Source of the DNA: Sminthopsis crassicaudata
Taxonomy: Eukaryota
Assembly: GCF_048593235.1 (NCBI RefSeq)
Contig: NC_133620.1
Location: 452,567,261 to 452,631,260 of the forward strand
DNA: 64,000 nt
Direction of reading: 5' to 3'
Shown: piece by piece, positions 1-13,800 of the stretch
Layout: each line of letters opens with the position of its first letter
Position numbering within the stretch: the stretch's first letter is position 1
The notes under the pieces: model-generated
Seen by the model: only the letters and a program-made list of their open reading frames with translations
Database searches by the model: none
What the model was told of the DNA's origin: nothing
Made by a program: the position numbers and the translations under genes

Positions 1-3000
1 CAGAGACTTGTTCACTCTGGTGCTGCTCTCTCCCTGGGCTTCCCAAGCAGTAACCCTTTGTTTCTGCCAGAGAGATTGGTTTCCATCTTGTTCCTTCAGC
101 TCCCAAAGAGATAGACCTTTCAATTATGGGGAGGGTTGGATTTGCTAGTGGATTCAGAGGAGAAGGCAGCAGCAGATTCTGTTACTCTCAGGTCATCCAT
201 TTGCCTCAATGTTCTCTCCCACCAAGATCCTGTTTCCCTTGTCTAAGAGCATGACAATGTCCACAGAATTGTCAAATCAGAGTCAGCCTCTTCATCTTTG
301 AAGACTTCCCTTTTGATTATGAGGAACTGTAAACTTTTCCCGTCCTCAGTCGAATACTCCAGAAGAATGTGCTGTGAGCTTTGTAGAGCTTCCTCTTGTT
401 TTCAGGGACTACTGATTGAAGTCTATTTTGCTGTGTCTGGTTATGTTGTCTGCACTTTTATGAAATCACTACAGTTAGAGCTACATTAGGAATGTTTGTA
501 GAGATGTTCGTGGGCTCTGTTTATAGCTATTAATGCTGTAAAGAAGGAAGTTGTCTTGTTAAACACTGTCCAGAAGAGAAGGTGAAGCTGAGAACTCCTC
601 CTGTTGTGCATTTATTTGTATGTTCTACTGATTCCCAGTGTTCCCCAACTGTCTACAGAGGCCATGTAGAACAGTTTCCCCTCGAGTGAATGTACCGATT
701 CCCAGACCTCCGTTTACCTGGCAGAGAGCATCTGTGGCTTGATGGTAGTCCTAAATGGATATGAACTAAATAGATACCAGACTCAGTTGTGCACCTTATC
801 TGATATCTTGTGGGTCTCTGAACACTTGCCCAAAGAGATGGGCAAGTAAAATGGAAGAGCTGTTGGCCATGATTGCTACCCTGCTGTTTGCCAGACATCG
901 AAATTTTCTGAGCATCTTCCCCACCCTCATTCCACCCCACCCATGTACCTTCTCCCCTCCCCTTTATTTTTATATACAAAAATGTTGATCTCTCTCTGAA
1001 GGCTCCCTTTGAAAGTAGCAGGATGAGCATTGGACAAGCCAACCAGATCATCTCTGGATAGTCTGCCAGGAAAGAGTGGAGAAGAGCTGATACTTCTGAA
1101 TGAACAAATAAAAAGGGTATCTTCATACCCAATAATGCCTCCAAAGTACGGGTACTTCCACCTGCACAGTTTGACTTTTTTGCTGACATTTTAGCAATTG
1201 TGAGTGAAAACCGTGTAATTAACTGTAAATATGTAGGTAACAAATTGACCTAGTTTCTGTAATTTTATTTTATTTTTTTTTGGAGTTTTTTGTATTAAAG
1301 TTTATAGATCTGTGCCAGCTAGAGAGGAGTTGCTGTCATTGCCCATTGTGGCCCTAGCATCTAACCCTATAACCATCCTAGGTAAAGCTTAGAATTAAAA
1401 TGCTTAAATGTTGTACGCAGGAGGATGTGAGGCTTAATCATGTGTCAAGTTTAAATACGTTGGAAGCAAAGTGATTTTCTTTAATGTCACGATTGCATAT
1501 CTTCGATCGTGAGTGAGGTAGGGAGAGCTCCCTTCCCCAGTGCCCATGTTTGCAGAAATGTTTTGTCTCTCAAGTGCAAGTGTTTTCGTGTTCTTTCGAT
1601 TATGCAGGCAGTAGGTACCTTATGGTTTGGTGCTTTTGTTCCTTGGGCTCCCTTACAGCTGGAATTTCAAGTGAAATGAGTGGAACTCTTTGTTGGCACA
1701 GAAATCCCAAGAAAGATCCTGTCCATGGAGCCTGGTTTGCATGCTTTCAGTGCCCACATGACGTGTCTCCATGATGGCGGCTCTGAGGTTAGCCACCTTT
1801 GGAATTGAGATGTTGATGTTTATTAAAAGTTAAAATCCTCACTTTTGAACAGCTTAACTTTCCATCAGAAATACATTAGGGCCATTTGAAAGAAAGCATG
1901 GAGCTCAATAGAAGGGGAACATTTGGTTCTTACTTTCTGAGTTGAGCATCACACCTTAAATTCTATGTGTATAAGTGAAATAAGCAGTTCAGAAGGCTGT
2001 CGTTGCCAAATGCATGGATACAGGTGGTCCCTGTGGCTGTTCTGCCCAGACCGCCATCATCTGAGACTGAAGCCCCTTGTTTTGCCCTTGGCTAGTTGTA
2101 TTTTGGCTTCCATTAGTGTGGACATCCTACCAGCCCATTCCAAATATCCTGTTATTCCTCAGTGAACCTCTTCCCTTCATTCCACCACAATGGTGTGTGT
2201 TAAACCTCCTATTCTGTACTGGGTGGAAGTTGTGCCAACCGCTCTCAACCAAAAACTTGTCCAAGGAGGAGCCCATCCAGACAAAGGCACAATGGGGGAA
2301 GAGTACTCAGTAAACACAGAAGAGACCAGAAGGAGATTGGAGGAGGAGTTTTACCAAGTTTCCTTGAAATTTGAAATGAGATAGGAACCCATTTTAAAAT
2401 GCAAACAGTTTTCATGGAGAGAAGGTATGGCAGAATCGGGGAGGGAAAGAAGAGGGACTTCCGGGAGAGGAGAGAACTTTGTGGTCATGTTAACTTTGCT
2501 TTTATGAAGACCCTTTTCTACTAGGTTAGAAAATTAAGGACATTCTCCCACCCCCTTTTTTTTTTTTCTTAAAAACAAAAAAAAAAAAAAAACAAAACAG
2601 GATGAGGGTCTGATGTAAATAAGTGACATTTTGCAGTATAGCGTGTATAATTCACCCAGACTATTTCAACTTGATCAATTGTAAATGCTTAAGAAGTTTT
2701 TATTAACACTTGTTTTGCTAAATCCTATTTATGTGATTATTCAGAAGTCAATAACCCATTTAAAATTTAAGGCAAACATTTAGGTAATAAATGGTTGGGT
2801 TACTTTGAGCAGTTTAGCTATAAGAACCCCCTTGTTTTTGTATACAGGAAAGATAGTATAATGTGCATTAATGAGGCTGGGAGAGAAATGTGTATAGTGT
2901 ATATTTTAAAACAGCTTTGCTTGTATTGTGAAGATTTAAAAACAAACTTGAGATTTCTAACATTAACTATTAACACAATTTTAACATAAGTTATCCCACT

Positions 3001-4290
3001 GGGTTTAAGAGCATCTTGAATGTATAATCCTTTTTGTAACCCAGATTGGTTTCTGCTTCTACCCATCATCCAGATAGCCTATTTATGTTTTTAATTTTAT
3101 ACAGTATATTCACTTCCCCTTAAATCTCTTCATCTCCAGCATGATTTCCCCCTACAGGTATTGTAGAAGTTTTAAAAAGGAAAAAAAAAAATCCATTTTT
3201 TTCCATCTTGAATTTTCATCACTTCTTTCTTCTCCTTTCCCCATTTCCTTTCTTAAAGGCCATTTTATGACATTTGCACTATTCCTGCAAATGCTAGGTT
3301 TTTTAAAAATATTATTTTGCCATTCATCAAAAAAAAATGCTCAGTCGGTTGCCTTTTTACAAAAAATAATAATAATAAAGGAAAGGATTAAAAAAGCTGT
3401 GACCTTATCAGTTCTGAGTAGGCCATTGGGAGTTGGATGCACACATGTAACAGCCCCAGGACCAGTTTTGGTGGCCCACTCAAGGGAAACTCTTTTCATG
3501 GCTCACAGGGCCTTTCTTTATTGGAATATGTTGTTGCCCAGAATGTGTTCCAGTAATTCCCACAAATATTTTTAAAAGACCAATTGTGGGGAGTCTGGGT
3601 AAGACCAGGTGCCCCGAGAAGGTCTGCTTGGGTCTCATCAAGAAGCTTTTGTGACTTGTTGGTTCCCTGTGGTAAGGAGGAGAAATTATAGATTCCACAG
3701 GACTCAAAATTTGGTTAGATCACTTGCCTTTCTTGTGGCAGTCACCATCTTTCTCCCCCGGCCCCCTGCCTGTCACATTGTCATGATGGGTGAAGGACCT
3801 CTGGATCTGGAAACTAGGACTGTTTTTTTAGGTTAAGAATCATGTTGAAAGTGTGATGTGCTGCCACCATACTAATAAATTTGTTTTTTTAACTACACCT
3901 TTGTCGCGTCCTCTGAGTTTTCAGACCAAACAGATGCCCACAGTGGAGGCTTACAAGGGGTTGCGTTGGGGAATTTCCCTTGATATGAGCACCAGTTGGT
4001 ATGGTATGATACAAGTGTGCATTTTTCTCTTCGGTAAAGATGGTCCACAGCACTAACTGGTGAGGCTTATTGTACAGTATATTGTCAGTATTCTTCTGGT
4101 TCTGCATACATTATAGTTCATATATAACCTGTATTAATTGTATAGATTGTGCATTTAAAGCTGTTACCAAGTTGTCAGAAAATGAGAGAAAACAAGGTCA
4201 TATGTAATATTTTGTTTGTAAGTATCCTTTGTATCATAGCAAAGGAAAAGTTAAAAAAAATCAACTGTAATAAAGTAATTTTAGTACACA
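1..4290 (+). other. TAOK1: Distal long 3' UTR of the upstream gene, probably TAOK1 (no coding exon in window)
   Basis: AT-rich and free of recognisable repeats. Pumilio-type TGTAAATA at 1224-1231 and 2614-2621, and AATAAA at 4269-4274. Gene identity is inferred from synteny (TAOK1 lies tail-to-tail with ABHD15 in mammals), not from coding sequence. Confidence 0.7.
4269..4274 (+). terminator. Polyadenylation signal AATAAA ending the putative TAOK1 3' UTR
   Basis: Canonical hexamer (ctgtAATAAAgtaatttt) at the end of the AT-rich block; repeat-derived sequence begins shortly after. Confidence 0.65.
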
Positions 4291-6444
4291 CAGTCTCAAT
4301 GAGCTTTTTTAAAAAGTTGGATTCTAGATAACACATGTCACATATTTCACTGGGCAGTCCTCTGTGGCTTGACTCCATGTGATTATGCATTTCCCAAGAG
4401 CTGCACCATCCTTTTCACCAAAACAGTCATCTGGCCTTGAGCTCTCCTTATTCTACCTGAAGGTAGAAGTTCTAAGGGCATCTTATCCATCAGTTGTGCA
4501 CTGTGGTTTGAATGACTGCAGGAATCTCCCAACTTGGACCTGGTTTCAGAATAGAGAGAAAGCTTATAGGGAGGTGTCAGCCTTGCCTGCACCTTCCCCC
4601 CGGATTTGAAGTCATTGAATGTCTAAGCTAGAAGGGGCCATATTCACATACTTACTGGCAGAGCCAGAATTAGACCATGTTCAATGCTCTTTCCATAACA
4701 CAATGGGTCATTAGTAACTCGGGAACCCGATCAGTTAGATGGCAGTATAGAAAGATTGGCTACGTGTAAGTCCTGGATTCCGGTTCTGCTGTGACACAGG
4801 GCAAATTATTTCTCTGTTGTGAAGAGAGACGGTTATAAACCGTAAAGTGGTTATAGATAATGTCAGCATTGATCGGGCAATAAAAGTCGCTGGAGCAGTA
4901 CAGGGGTTGGGATGTTGCTGAATCTGAAGTCAGAAGAGCTAGCTTCAAATCTTGACTCTACCTGTGCGATGGGGGGAAGTCACCTAACACCTGACATCCT
5001 TTCCATCTTTCCACCTATGATCCAGTGAGTCAGAAAGCTAAAGAGATTCTCCCCTTATTCTCACTGGCTCCACATAGCCAAAGGTAACCGGGTCATGCTC
5101 AGGCTTTTCACCTGAGGGTACACTTAGCAGTACAAATCCAGCGGAGGTAGGGAAGGGATCCCCATCAAAGTGGGTAAGTGCTCCCAAAAGCATGAGAGGT
5201 CACTGGCCCAGGGGCAGAGGTTCTGGTTTTCTGGCCTTGCTATCATCTAAAAGCTGTGTGAGCCTCTACAGAAATCATTCAGTACTTCTAAGAATGTTTT
5301 CTTATTTAGAGACATGAAATAGAGACCATACCTCTCCTGAGCTATCGCTTTATAAAGCAGTCTTCAATTCAACCCCCTCATTTTAGAGATGAGGAAACCA
5401 AGGAACACGATGTGATGTGACTTCTCCAATAGCACAGGAAAAGAGGATTTGAACGCAGGCCCTTTGATAATACTCGACTGTTAAATATGCTTTCAATAGA
5501 ACAGAACGAGGATGGGCCTCTTAAGGAATAGAATGTTTTCCCTCCCAAGTTCATAGACTCAATTGTCACTCCTTTCCAACTTGATGAGACCAAGCCTTAA
5601 GAGTCTCAGGTCTGTGCCTCATCTTTAAATACTGCCTCCTGATAGGGAGAAGGCTGTGTTTGTCTTGGAATTCAAAGCAACGCCTAGTTCACTGGCGGGT
5701 CCTCGGAGGCTCGCTCACCTGCTTTAGAAGATTCCTTGATGTTTATCAGAGCAGTGTGCGATGAGAAGAGGAAGCAGGTTGACTAAGGAGTGAGAGGCAA
5801 CGAGTGGGCCAGTATTGTCCAAAAGGAGAAGGCATGGATTGGTTGGCTTCACATCGCTTGGACAGACTGCATCTCTGGGGGAAATACAGTGGGAAGAAGG
5901 AGCAGAACTCAGGTGGCCAAACTTTCAGCACACCACCGAGGGGTTTCCATCATGGCAAAAGTCAGGGCTAGGGCCCATATGCTACAAACCAGCAGCGTTG
6001 ACAGGTGGGAAAATTTTCAGACTGCTGGGGAATGATTAACTGAAGCAAGAAGTCTAGTTATTAATTAAGCAGCAACTGCTGTTTAGGGTTCTGAAGAAAG
6101 AGGCTGGCGCCACAAACTCCAGGCAACAGCAATGTTTGTAGATTGTGGCCGTGCAATGAGGTATCTCAATCCCCAGATGGATAAGTACGTCCCTCTTCTC
6201 CATGCCCACATAACAGGGGATAAAGACTTGCATTTGTTTCTGACTAGAGATTTGGGGGAAAGACAAGCAGACAAACATCAAGAGATGAATCCTTTTTCTG
6301 TCCAACCACACGGCTGATTAATACAACGATGATAAATTGACTTTTTCTTAAAGGGGAAGAGATTGTAGGAGTAGACCTGATGAGCTTTTTCATCTGATTC
6401 TCAACAGTTATTGTCAATAGCTGGTTCAGAGACTTGGGTTAAAT

Positions 6445-6632
6445 ACTTGAGTATAGGATGTTGGACTTGGAGTCAGAAAGACCTGAGTTCAAATTCAGTC
6501 TCAGATATTAATTAGCTGTGACCCTGGCTTCAGTTTCCTTATCAGTAAAATGGGAATAAATAGCACTTACTCTTCAGCATTGTTGTAAGAATCAAATGAG
6601 ATCTATATTTATAAAGCTCTATAGAAATGCTG
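6445..6632 (+). mobile_element. Old CORE-SINE (MIR/Mar1-like) relic, approximate bounds
   Basis: ggagtcagaaagacctgagttcaaat, ctcagtttcctt..gtaaaatggg core and ...ctatagaaatgct tail. Confidence 0.7.
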
Positions 6633-6984
6633 GCTGTTTTCCTACCTTTGAGGTCTTCTCAATTACACTTGGCCAGAATGTAAAACAATCATGGAGTATT
6701 TTCATTTGCTCTGCCACTTTTTTGTGCGGCAATATTCCCATTAAAGGAAAAAAAAAAAAAAAAAAAAAAAAGCCAAAACTTCATATCTCTTCATTGCCTC
6801 TAAAATCCTATTGTAGAATAGGCTTTTAAACCCTTCACAGGCATGTTTTATTTTCTAAAATTCCTCCAAGTTCTGACTATAATTACAAAGCAGGAGACTG
6901 GCTGGCTTCCCACTTCAGAATTCAAGCTACACTTACCTCTGTAGGAAGCCACTTTGGGATAATTAATAACGATAGGATAGCGGT

Positions 6985-7150
6985 TATAGAACATTTTAAA
7001 GTTTGCAAAGCACTCTACCTAGGTTAATTCATTTGATCCTCACAACAACTCTGTGAGACAGGTGAAGGAACTGAAGCATAGATGCTAGATGCTGACTTGC
7101 CGAAGTGTTACAGTTAAGGAGTCTCTGAAGCAGGATTCAAACTCAGTTTT
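6985..7150 (-). mobile_element. Old CORE-SINE (MIR-like) relic, approximate bounds
   Basis: tttgcaaagcact...catttgatcctcacaacaactctgtgag...gaactgaagca is the reverse-strand MIR core and tail. Confidence 0.65.
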
Positions 7151-10100
7151 TTTTTTGACTCCAGCTCCTCTATCCACTGTACCACCTGTTTTGATATTGC
7201 CTCCTAGTCGAATTTGGAGAGATCGCAAGAAGTAATTGCCCATTTTTTTTTTTAAATCCAGCCAATTCTTCAATGCCAACAGCACTGGAGAGGAAGCGGA
7301 TGATCCATTCGAGTGACCAGGGCTTAAGACATCGCTTCCTTCCCCCAGTCACGTCATTTTAGGTTTTCACTTTGCTTCTGCTCATGAGCCTCCAAGTGAC
7401 CAAAAGAGGGCCTATAAATTGGTCATATGGACATTCAGTGCATTGAGAATTAATTCTGAGATGCTGACGTTTGCCTGCAAAATGCTTTCATCCTCCAGTT
7501 TCCCCAAGAGGTCATTCAAAATTATCTGCCTCGAGCTTGTCCAGCTTGTCTCAAGGTGACTGACTGTTTACTCAGGCAAAGTAGAAAGAGTAAGATCCCT
7601 TTGGGACTATGTCACCCAAACCTCATCTAACTATGGGAATGGCTCTGGAGCTGCAGCCCGCAGACTCGAGTTTCCTATGGGGGATCAGGAAGCTGAGAGG
7701 TGGAGAGGAAGCAACTTCCTCGCCCTGTGGACTTGGCAAGGGGTTGTGGATGGTTGTGGGTCTGAGGTTTTCCCACTTCCTTTCCTGGCCCCTATTTTTC
7801 TCCTCTGTGAAAGTAAGTGGATGGAACTAAGTGAGCCTGAAACTAGCTTCCAGCTGTGTGGTTCTGAGCCATGTCCTTCTGGCTCCCCCCGAGACCTGCC
7901 AGGGTTTGGACCACACTGGCTTTGGACTTTATCCTGATGTGACTTGTCACTGCAAATACCTGGGAAATCTGAAGGCAATTATAATTGCTTCTTTTCCTTT
8001 TTCAACTTCCTCTCCTTCCTTCTCTTCTGTTCTCTCCTCTTTCTTCTTTTCCTCATTCTTCTCTTCCAAAAAAAAAAAAAAAAATAACCAACGATGACGA
8101 TGATGATTGGAAGACCTAAGTGAGTTATTACACCACTGTGCCTTTGGAAATGGGGCACAAATTGCATGAGCTTTTCTTGCTTGCTACAGCCACCAGGCTA
8201 TTTCTGACTTTGCACCCAGCTTTGAATTACTGGTTGCCAAGGAGGAAAAAAAAAAAGTCTTGATAAAGGAAATGCTGATTCATTCATTCACTGAAGTGTT
8301 TGAGCACCTGCCATGGGCACAGCACTATGCTGGGCTACGTCAGAGCCACGACCGCCTACCTTCTCGCCCAGCCTTTTGTCAGAGTGACATGTGTGCCCCA
8401 GAACTGTTTGATTTATATTTCAGCTGCTTTTCCTGGCCTTTCCTGTCACTGGCTGAAGGTTAGAAGGTGACAGAATGGAGGGAGGAGGAGGAAGAGGAGG
8501 AGCAAAGGCCCATCTAACTCTCAAACAAAATTCCTCCTGAATGACCCAGCTCTGTCCATATCTGCAGCCTGGAGGTGTTTCTCGTACCCAGACAGATTAC
8601 CGGATCCATTAGACCTCACCTCCAAAGAACTGCAGTAATCTGATCTGCAGAGCTCAGGTTCTGCCCCTAGGAATATCAGAGGCGAGCCTTTGTCTTGCGT
8701 GACTGTGGGCAAATGTGTTTCCCTTTTCAAAGCTCCTTTGTTGCTTTTTAGACCAGGATGTGGTTTGGTCACATCTGAGCAAACACTCTCCAGATCGCAT
8801 GAGGGAGTACAGGGACAGGTTCAAAGAAAATCATGAGAAACGAGACCTCATGTCTTAGTGAAACGCGGTGTACCTTACAGGCTGTTGCAGACAAGGCTGT
8901 CTTCCCATCTGCAGCTGTTTCTTTCTGATTACCTCATAGAACAAAGCATCCCTTCACTGATGATGATTGTAAACCGGAGGAAGCAGGGATGCCTTCAAGC
9001 AGTCCTAAATTCAGTGTGAATGAACTTTCAAATAACTGGGACAGGAAAAAAAAAGACGATAAAATTGAGTTTTAATAAGACACTGGGTAGGCAGCAACCC
9101 CTCAAGGTTTTCCATTCACAGTACGGGTAATAACTTTCCCCTTTCTCCTAACCCTGGAATGGAGGAAAGTCTCTAGTGTCCATTTGAAGAAATAGGCAGA
9201 AAACCCTGGAGAGAAAAGAGACTTTTGAGTTTGTCTTTCCATCCTTATGTAAAATAATACGATCCTTTAAACTTAGCCCACAAGAGAGAAATGGGAGATT
9301 ATGACCCAGCTTTCTTGGAATAGAGCAATCATGCCCCAAGACAGGAAAAGGTTCTTGAAAACCTAGCAGGAAATTGAAGAAGCTGGGTCACTTAAAGAAG
9401 TCCCAGCTGTGCCGGCAGCCCTTGATCCCGAGGATCCTGGCACCATCCCCGGGGCCTTCTCAGAGCAGGCCCCAGCCCTGGAGCCTTTGGTTAATGGTAC
9501 CAAACCAGCCGGAGCTCAATTGGGAATTTTTATCCCATTTTCCTTACCCTCTGTTCTCTTCCTTGTCAGGAAGATTGTACAGGAAGGGAATGACAAGAAA
9601 AAGTCTGAAAGTGGGGATCTGAGGAGACCTAGAAAAAGATTCGTGTCTCTAACCCTCACATCTCCTTCTACCCCTCAGGTTCAAGGCTTAGGGGAGCCGC
9701 TCTACAGACCAGAATGAATGACTACCTAAAGGCCCTGTCTCCATTTGGGGGACCCCAGTTTTCTCTAATACAAATGAGGAGCTTATCCCTTGTCAAGCTG
9801 AAACAACTCCTGTATTCAGAACAGAACTTTCCAGGCGGAGGGAAAGGGGTGGGACTCAACACAGGATGTTTGCACTCAAGGCCTTGTAGTTCTTCCTACT
9901 AAGTGGCTAAAAGGCTGCCCTAGCCTCAGAAATCAGTTACAGAACATCACATGTGACTCCCAACATAAATGTGGCTGCTTACTGCTCCTGAGAAAATGGC
10001 TGCACTCCCTGCTCTGGCTTTTGGAATCCATGATGATGGGAAAAGATGGCAAGCCAGAATAAGATGTTTAGGGCAGGATGAATTGGAATGACCCCTTCTG

Positions 10101-10293
10101 CTTTGAGGACGTAGGAACAAGCCCCCACAGACTTTCACCCCCACTAAGAGACAAGAGGGATGATGGCTGCCCCCTCCAAAGCTGGCATCTTTCATTTAGG
10201 ACCCAAGCTGATGGATGGAGGCAGCCAGCTTCCTTTCCCCATGAGGCATTGGGATCAGGGGCAGCAACAATGGGCGGGGGGTGTCTCTGCACT

Positions 10294-10822
10294 TCATTTT
10301 GTATATGAGCGCTTCCAGCTGAACATCTCCTCAAGTCGAGGGGAGGCCGGTGCCATCTCTCGCTTCTGCAGAGTAAATCGACGCCTCCGGCCTGCCAAGA
10401 AGGAGGATCGGTGGCGGGAAAGCCCCTTCACCCTCTCTTCTGATTGGAAGAATTCAATCAGAGCCTGGAAATACTCCAGGGTAGCCTCGTGGCTCCAAGC
10501 CGGGGAAGAGTCCTCCCTGAAAAAGCCACAGTGGCCTCCATGGCGGCTGAGCAGGAGAAAGAAGTAGGGGTTGTTCTGGAAGAGTTTGGTGGGCAAGGTT
10601 CGGCCTGGAGGGCCCCGAATGGGGTCATCAGCACTGCAAATGCATAGCACGGGCACCGCAGCCTCATCCACATCCCGGAGGGGGTCATTGTCATCCCAGT
10701 AGGTGTCCCAACTGATGGGGAGGTTCTTAGTCCGGCAGAAAAGGGCCTCCTCAAATTCCCGCAGAGAGCGGCTCATGAAGAGTTTGTCCGTGTCCACTAT
10801 GTCATCTAGGGCTGTAGCATAT
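10294..10822 (-). CDS. ABHD15: ABHD15 exon 2 (coding part)
   Basis: Acceptor ttgacag|A TAT GCT ACA (R-YATALDDIVDTDKLFMSRSL); TGA at 10294-10296. Confidence 0.96.
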
Positions 10823-13800
10823 CTGTCAATGACAAGATTATAAATTGAGGCAGAAGAACAACATAGTGGATTATTAGTTTCTCCTGCTTTCTTGAGATAT
10901 TATTTTAGAATAGAATTCTTTTTTTTTTTAATTAAAGCTTTTTTATTTACAAAGCATATCATGGCTAATTTTTCCAACATTGACCCTTATATAACTTTCT
11001 GTTCCAATTTTTCCCCTCCTTCCCTCCACCCCCTCCCTTAGCTGGCAGGTAATCATTGGATTGGTAAACATGGATTGCATGTTAAATATGTTAAAATATG
11101 TCTTAGATCCAATATATGCATACATATTTATACAATTATCTTGTTGGGCAAGAAAAATCAGATCAAGAAGGAAGAAAAAGAAAAACTAAGAAAACGCTAT
11201 GCAAGCAAGTAACAGAGAGAGTGAGAATGTTGTGTTGTAGAACAGAGGTTCTTAACCTGGAGTCTATAGACTCCTAAGGGAGATAGCTTTCAGGGAATCT
11301 GAAGTTGGTGGGGAAAAAATGACATGTTTACTTTCAGTAAATTGGTTTTCTTTGTAGTTCTATGTATTTTATATGCTTAAAAACATGATTATGAAATGTC
11401 CAAAGAGTCAGACACAAAAGAGGGTAAGTCCCCTTGTTCAACAAGTTTTAAATAATGTTTCCGGACTGCCAGAGCCATGCTTCTGATGATCCCAAATTGC
11501 AAATGATAAAGAGATCATTTCTGTTTGGGCTGGCTTGGGGTAGGCCAGAAAGCTCCAATACATACATAATATTTTCCTCCCAAACATTGTTTTTGGTGTT
11601 TTTGCTGCCTAACGTTGAACAGACTCTTTGATTGCTCTGACCTGGAAATCGGGGAACTCATTTTTTGTCATAAGGTCACACAGTGTGACCTTAGGCAAGT
11701 CCCTCTGTTTTTCTGATTTCCTTTATATGGTATTGAACTAAATAATGTCTGGGAATCCTTCCAGTTCTGATAACCTATGTATTTATGATCATCTTTGGGA
11801 GCAGATCCATTTACCTAGTGACATTTGGGCTGATGCTAAAAGTCATTTGCCTATCATGATTGTACGTGGCTTGGACATTTGGGGAAGATATTCCAAGAGG
11901 GAACTTGGGGGCAGAGGAGGCAGAGGAAGAATTCAGAATCTCCTGCAGTCTTCCAGGCAGAGTATCTGAAAGGAGACTCAGTGAAGTGTGCACGGATGAC
12001 ATCAGATTGCATTTGTTTCCAATTCAGACTCCCACAATGTGACAGTCACTTCTCAGGTGGGAACCAAGCAAGGATCAATGACATCTCTCTTCACCATAAG
12101 ATTCAACTAGCTTCGAACCTGTCATGGACCATGGATGACCCGAGATAGATGTCATCTGCTGGGCCCCAAAAGGTTTGCCTCAGATGCTCAGCCCCAGACT
12201 CACTGACTCCAGGTACTTCCCACGCCTCTGAATTCCTCTACCCCATTTCCTCACCCCTGGTTTTGGAATGCTGTCTCAAGGTCAGGAGTGGTTGACTCTT
12301 GGTGGTGGAGAAGCACAGGGTAGCAGCTTTTATTACAAATCATATGGGCCTTGAAACCATGGCAACCAAGAAGGAAGGTGGACACCTGGGTCTCTAAACC
12401 GGATTTTCTGTTACCATGGCAGCCCTGTGGAGTACAAAGTTTGTTCTTCACAGTTTTTTTTTTTTTTTCCTTTTTAATCCTTTATTGAAAATATACTTTT
12501 TCTGCAGATTATTTTAGAAACATTTTTATCTTAAGTTTAAATTAAAACATTTTCCCCAACACGGTGAGCATGAAATAATGAATAAAGTACACAAAATTAA
12601 ATTGAGAACATGCAAAACATTTTTTTTTGCTAGTAATTCCTTAGCATTTTGTGAACTTTTCTGCTACAATCTTGATAAAAATAAAATTTATTGCAGACAT
12701 TTTTGGCATGCTAGATAACAGAAATGAACAATAGAGGTAAATGAATGACTGAATGAATGAATAATGAAAAAAGAGGGTATGAGACATACTGTGAAGAAGT
12801 TTTTACTCAGTTATAGGAAAGCAGAAATAAAATCATCAAGGGTAAGGAAATAGAATAGTCATTTCACCGGTGTGAAGAACTCTCAGGTAAGGAAATTTCC
12901 TCTTGCCAATGAATGTTTAAAAAAAAAACACAAAAAAACAAACAAAAAACAAAATAAAACAAACAAACAAAAAACCAATCCCTCTGCAATATAGGATCAC
13001 AGGAAGTTGCCTAAAACACTGAGAAATTGCATGTCTTGCTCAGTTTTACACAGTCAGTGTAAACTAAAGTGAGGTTTAAATTCAAGTGTTCCTGAGTTCA
13101 AGGCCAATTTCTTATCCATTATGCCATACTGATTTTCAGTTGGAAGGAATGGGACGCCACCTTCCTCACTTCTATAAATTGCCAGTCATTGGGGAAGCAT
13201 TATTAAATACAGGCCATGTGCAAAGCTCTATGGCTCTAATACAGATGATGTGTTCTTCACAGTTTTGAGAGGGGGAGGGAAAAGTGGGAAGAGAAAGACA
13301 ATGGGAAAAAGGAGGCAGAAAGGGTTTTTTTGTTTTTGTTTTTGTTTTTAACCTTTTTAACCTTTTATCCATATTGACAACTTATCTGCTGTGGAAACTC
13401 CCTCCCCTCCTCCAAGGTTGGGGACATGGACCCCCCTCTATTGAGAAGTACCCACCCACCAGTTCTGCAGGGATCAAAAGACTCAAGGGAATTGAAGAAC
13501 ATTAGAAGGAAAAAGGGACTTTAAGAGTGCTTCCAGTCTGACCCTCTCATTTTCCAAGGTAGGATGCTTAGGCTGGAGAGAGGAAGTGACTGAAGCTCAC
13601 CCAACCAGTCGGTGACTTAGCTGGGACACCCTGTCCAACCTCTGTGGGGCATCTGCCTCGGTCTAAGGATGATTCATCTTGTGGGTGCCATTTCCTGCCC
13701 TCCTCTGCTGCCAAGCTGGGTCAAAGCTCCTCCCCTCCGCCGACCCTCCAGTTTTGGACAGCCCCGACCTGCTTGCTCAGCATCCAGGATGCTCAGAGCC

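Noticed and set aside
2557-2592. T11...A16 fold-back in the 3' UTR
   Set aside because: Simple homopolymer slippage; no evidence of function.
7291-7340. Hairpin with an 11-bp bulged stem and a C-box-like ATGAT
   Set aside because: Stem too short for a pre-miRNA, and no matching D box (CTGA) for a C/D snoRNA.
11671-11693. Perfect 10-bp inverted repeat containing AGGTCA and TGACCT half-sites
   Set aside because: Spacer is 7 nt, not the 3 nt of an ERE, and the arms match MIR core pieces (aaggtcacacag / tgtgaccttaggcaagt).
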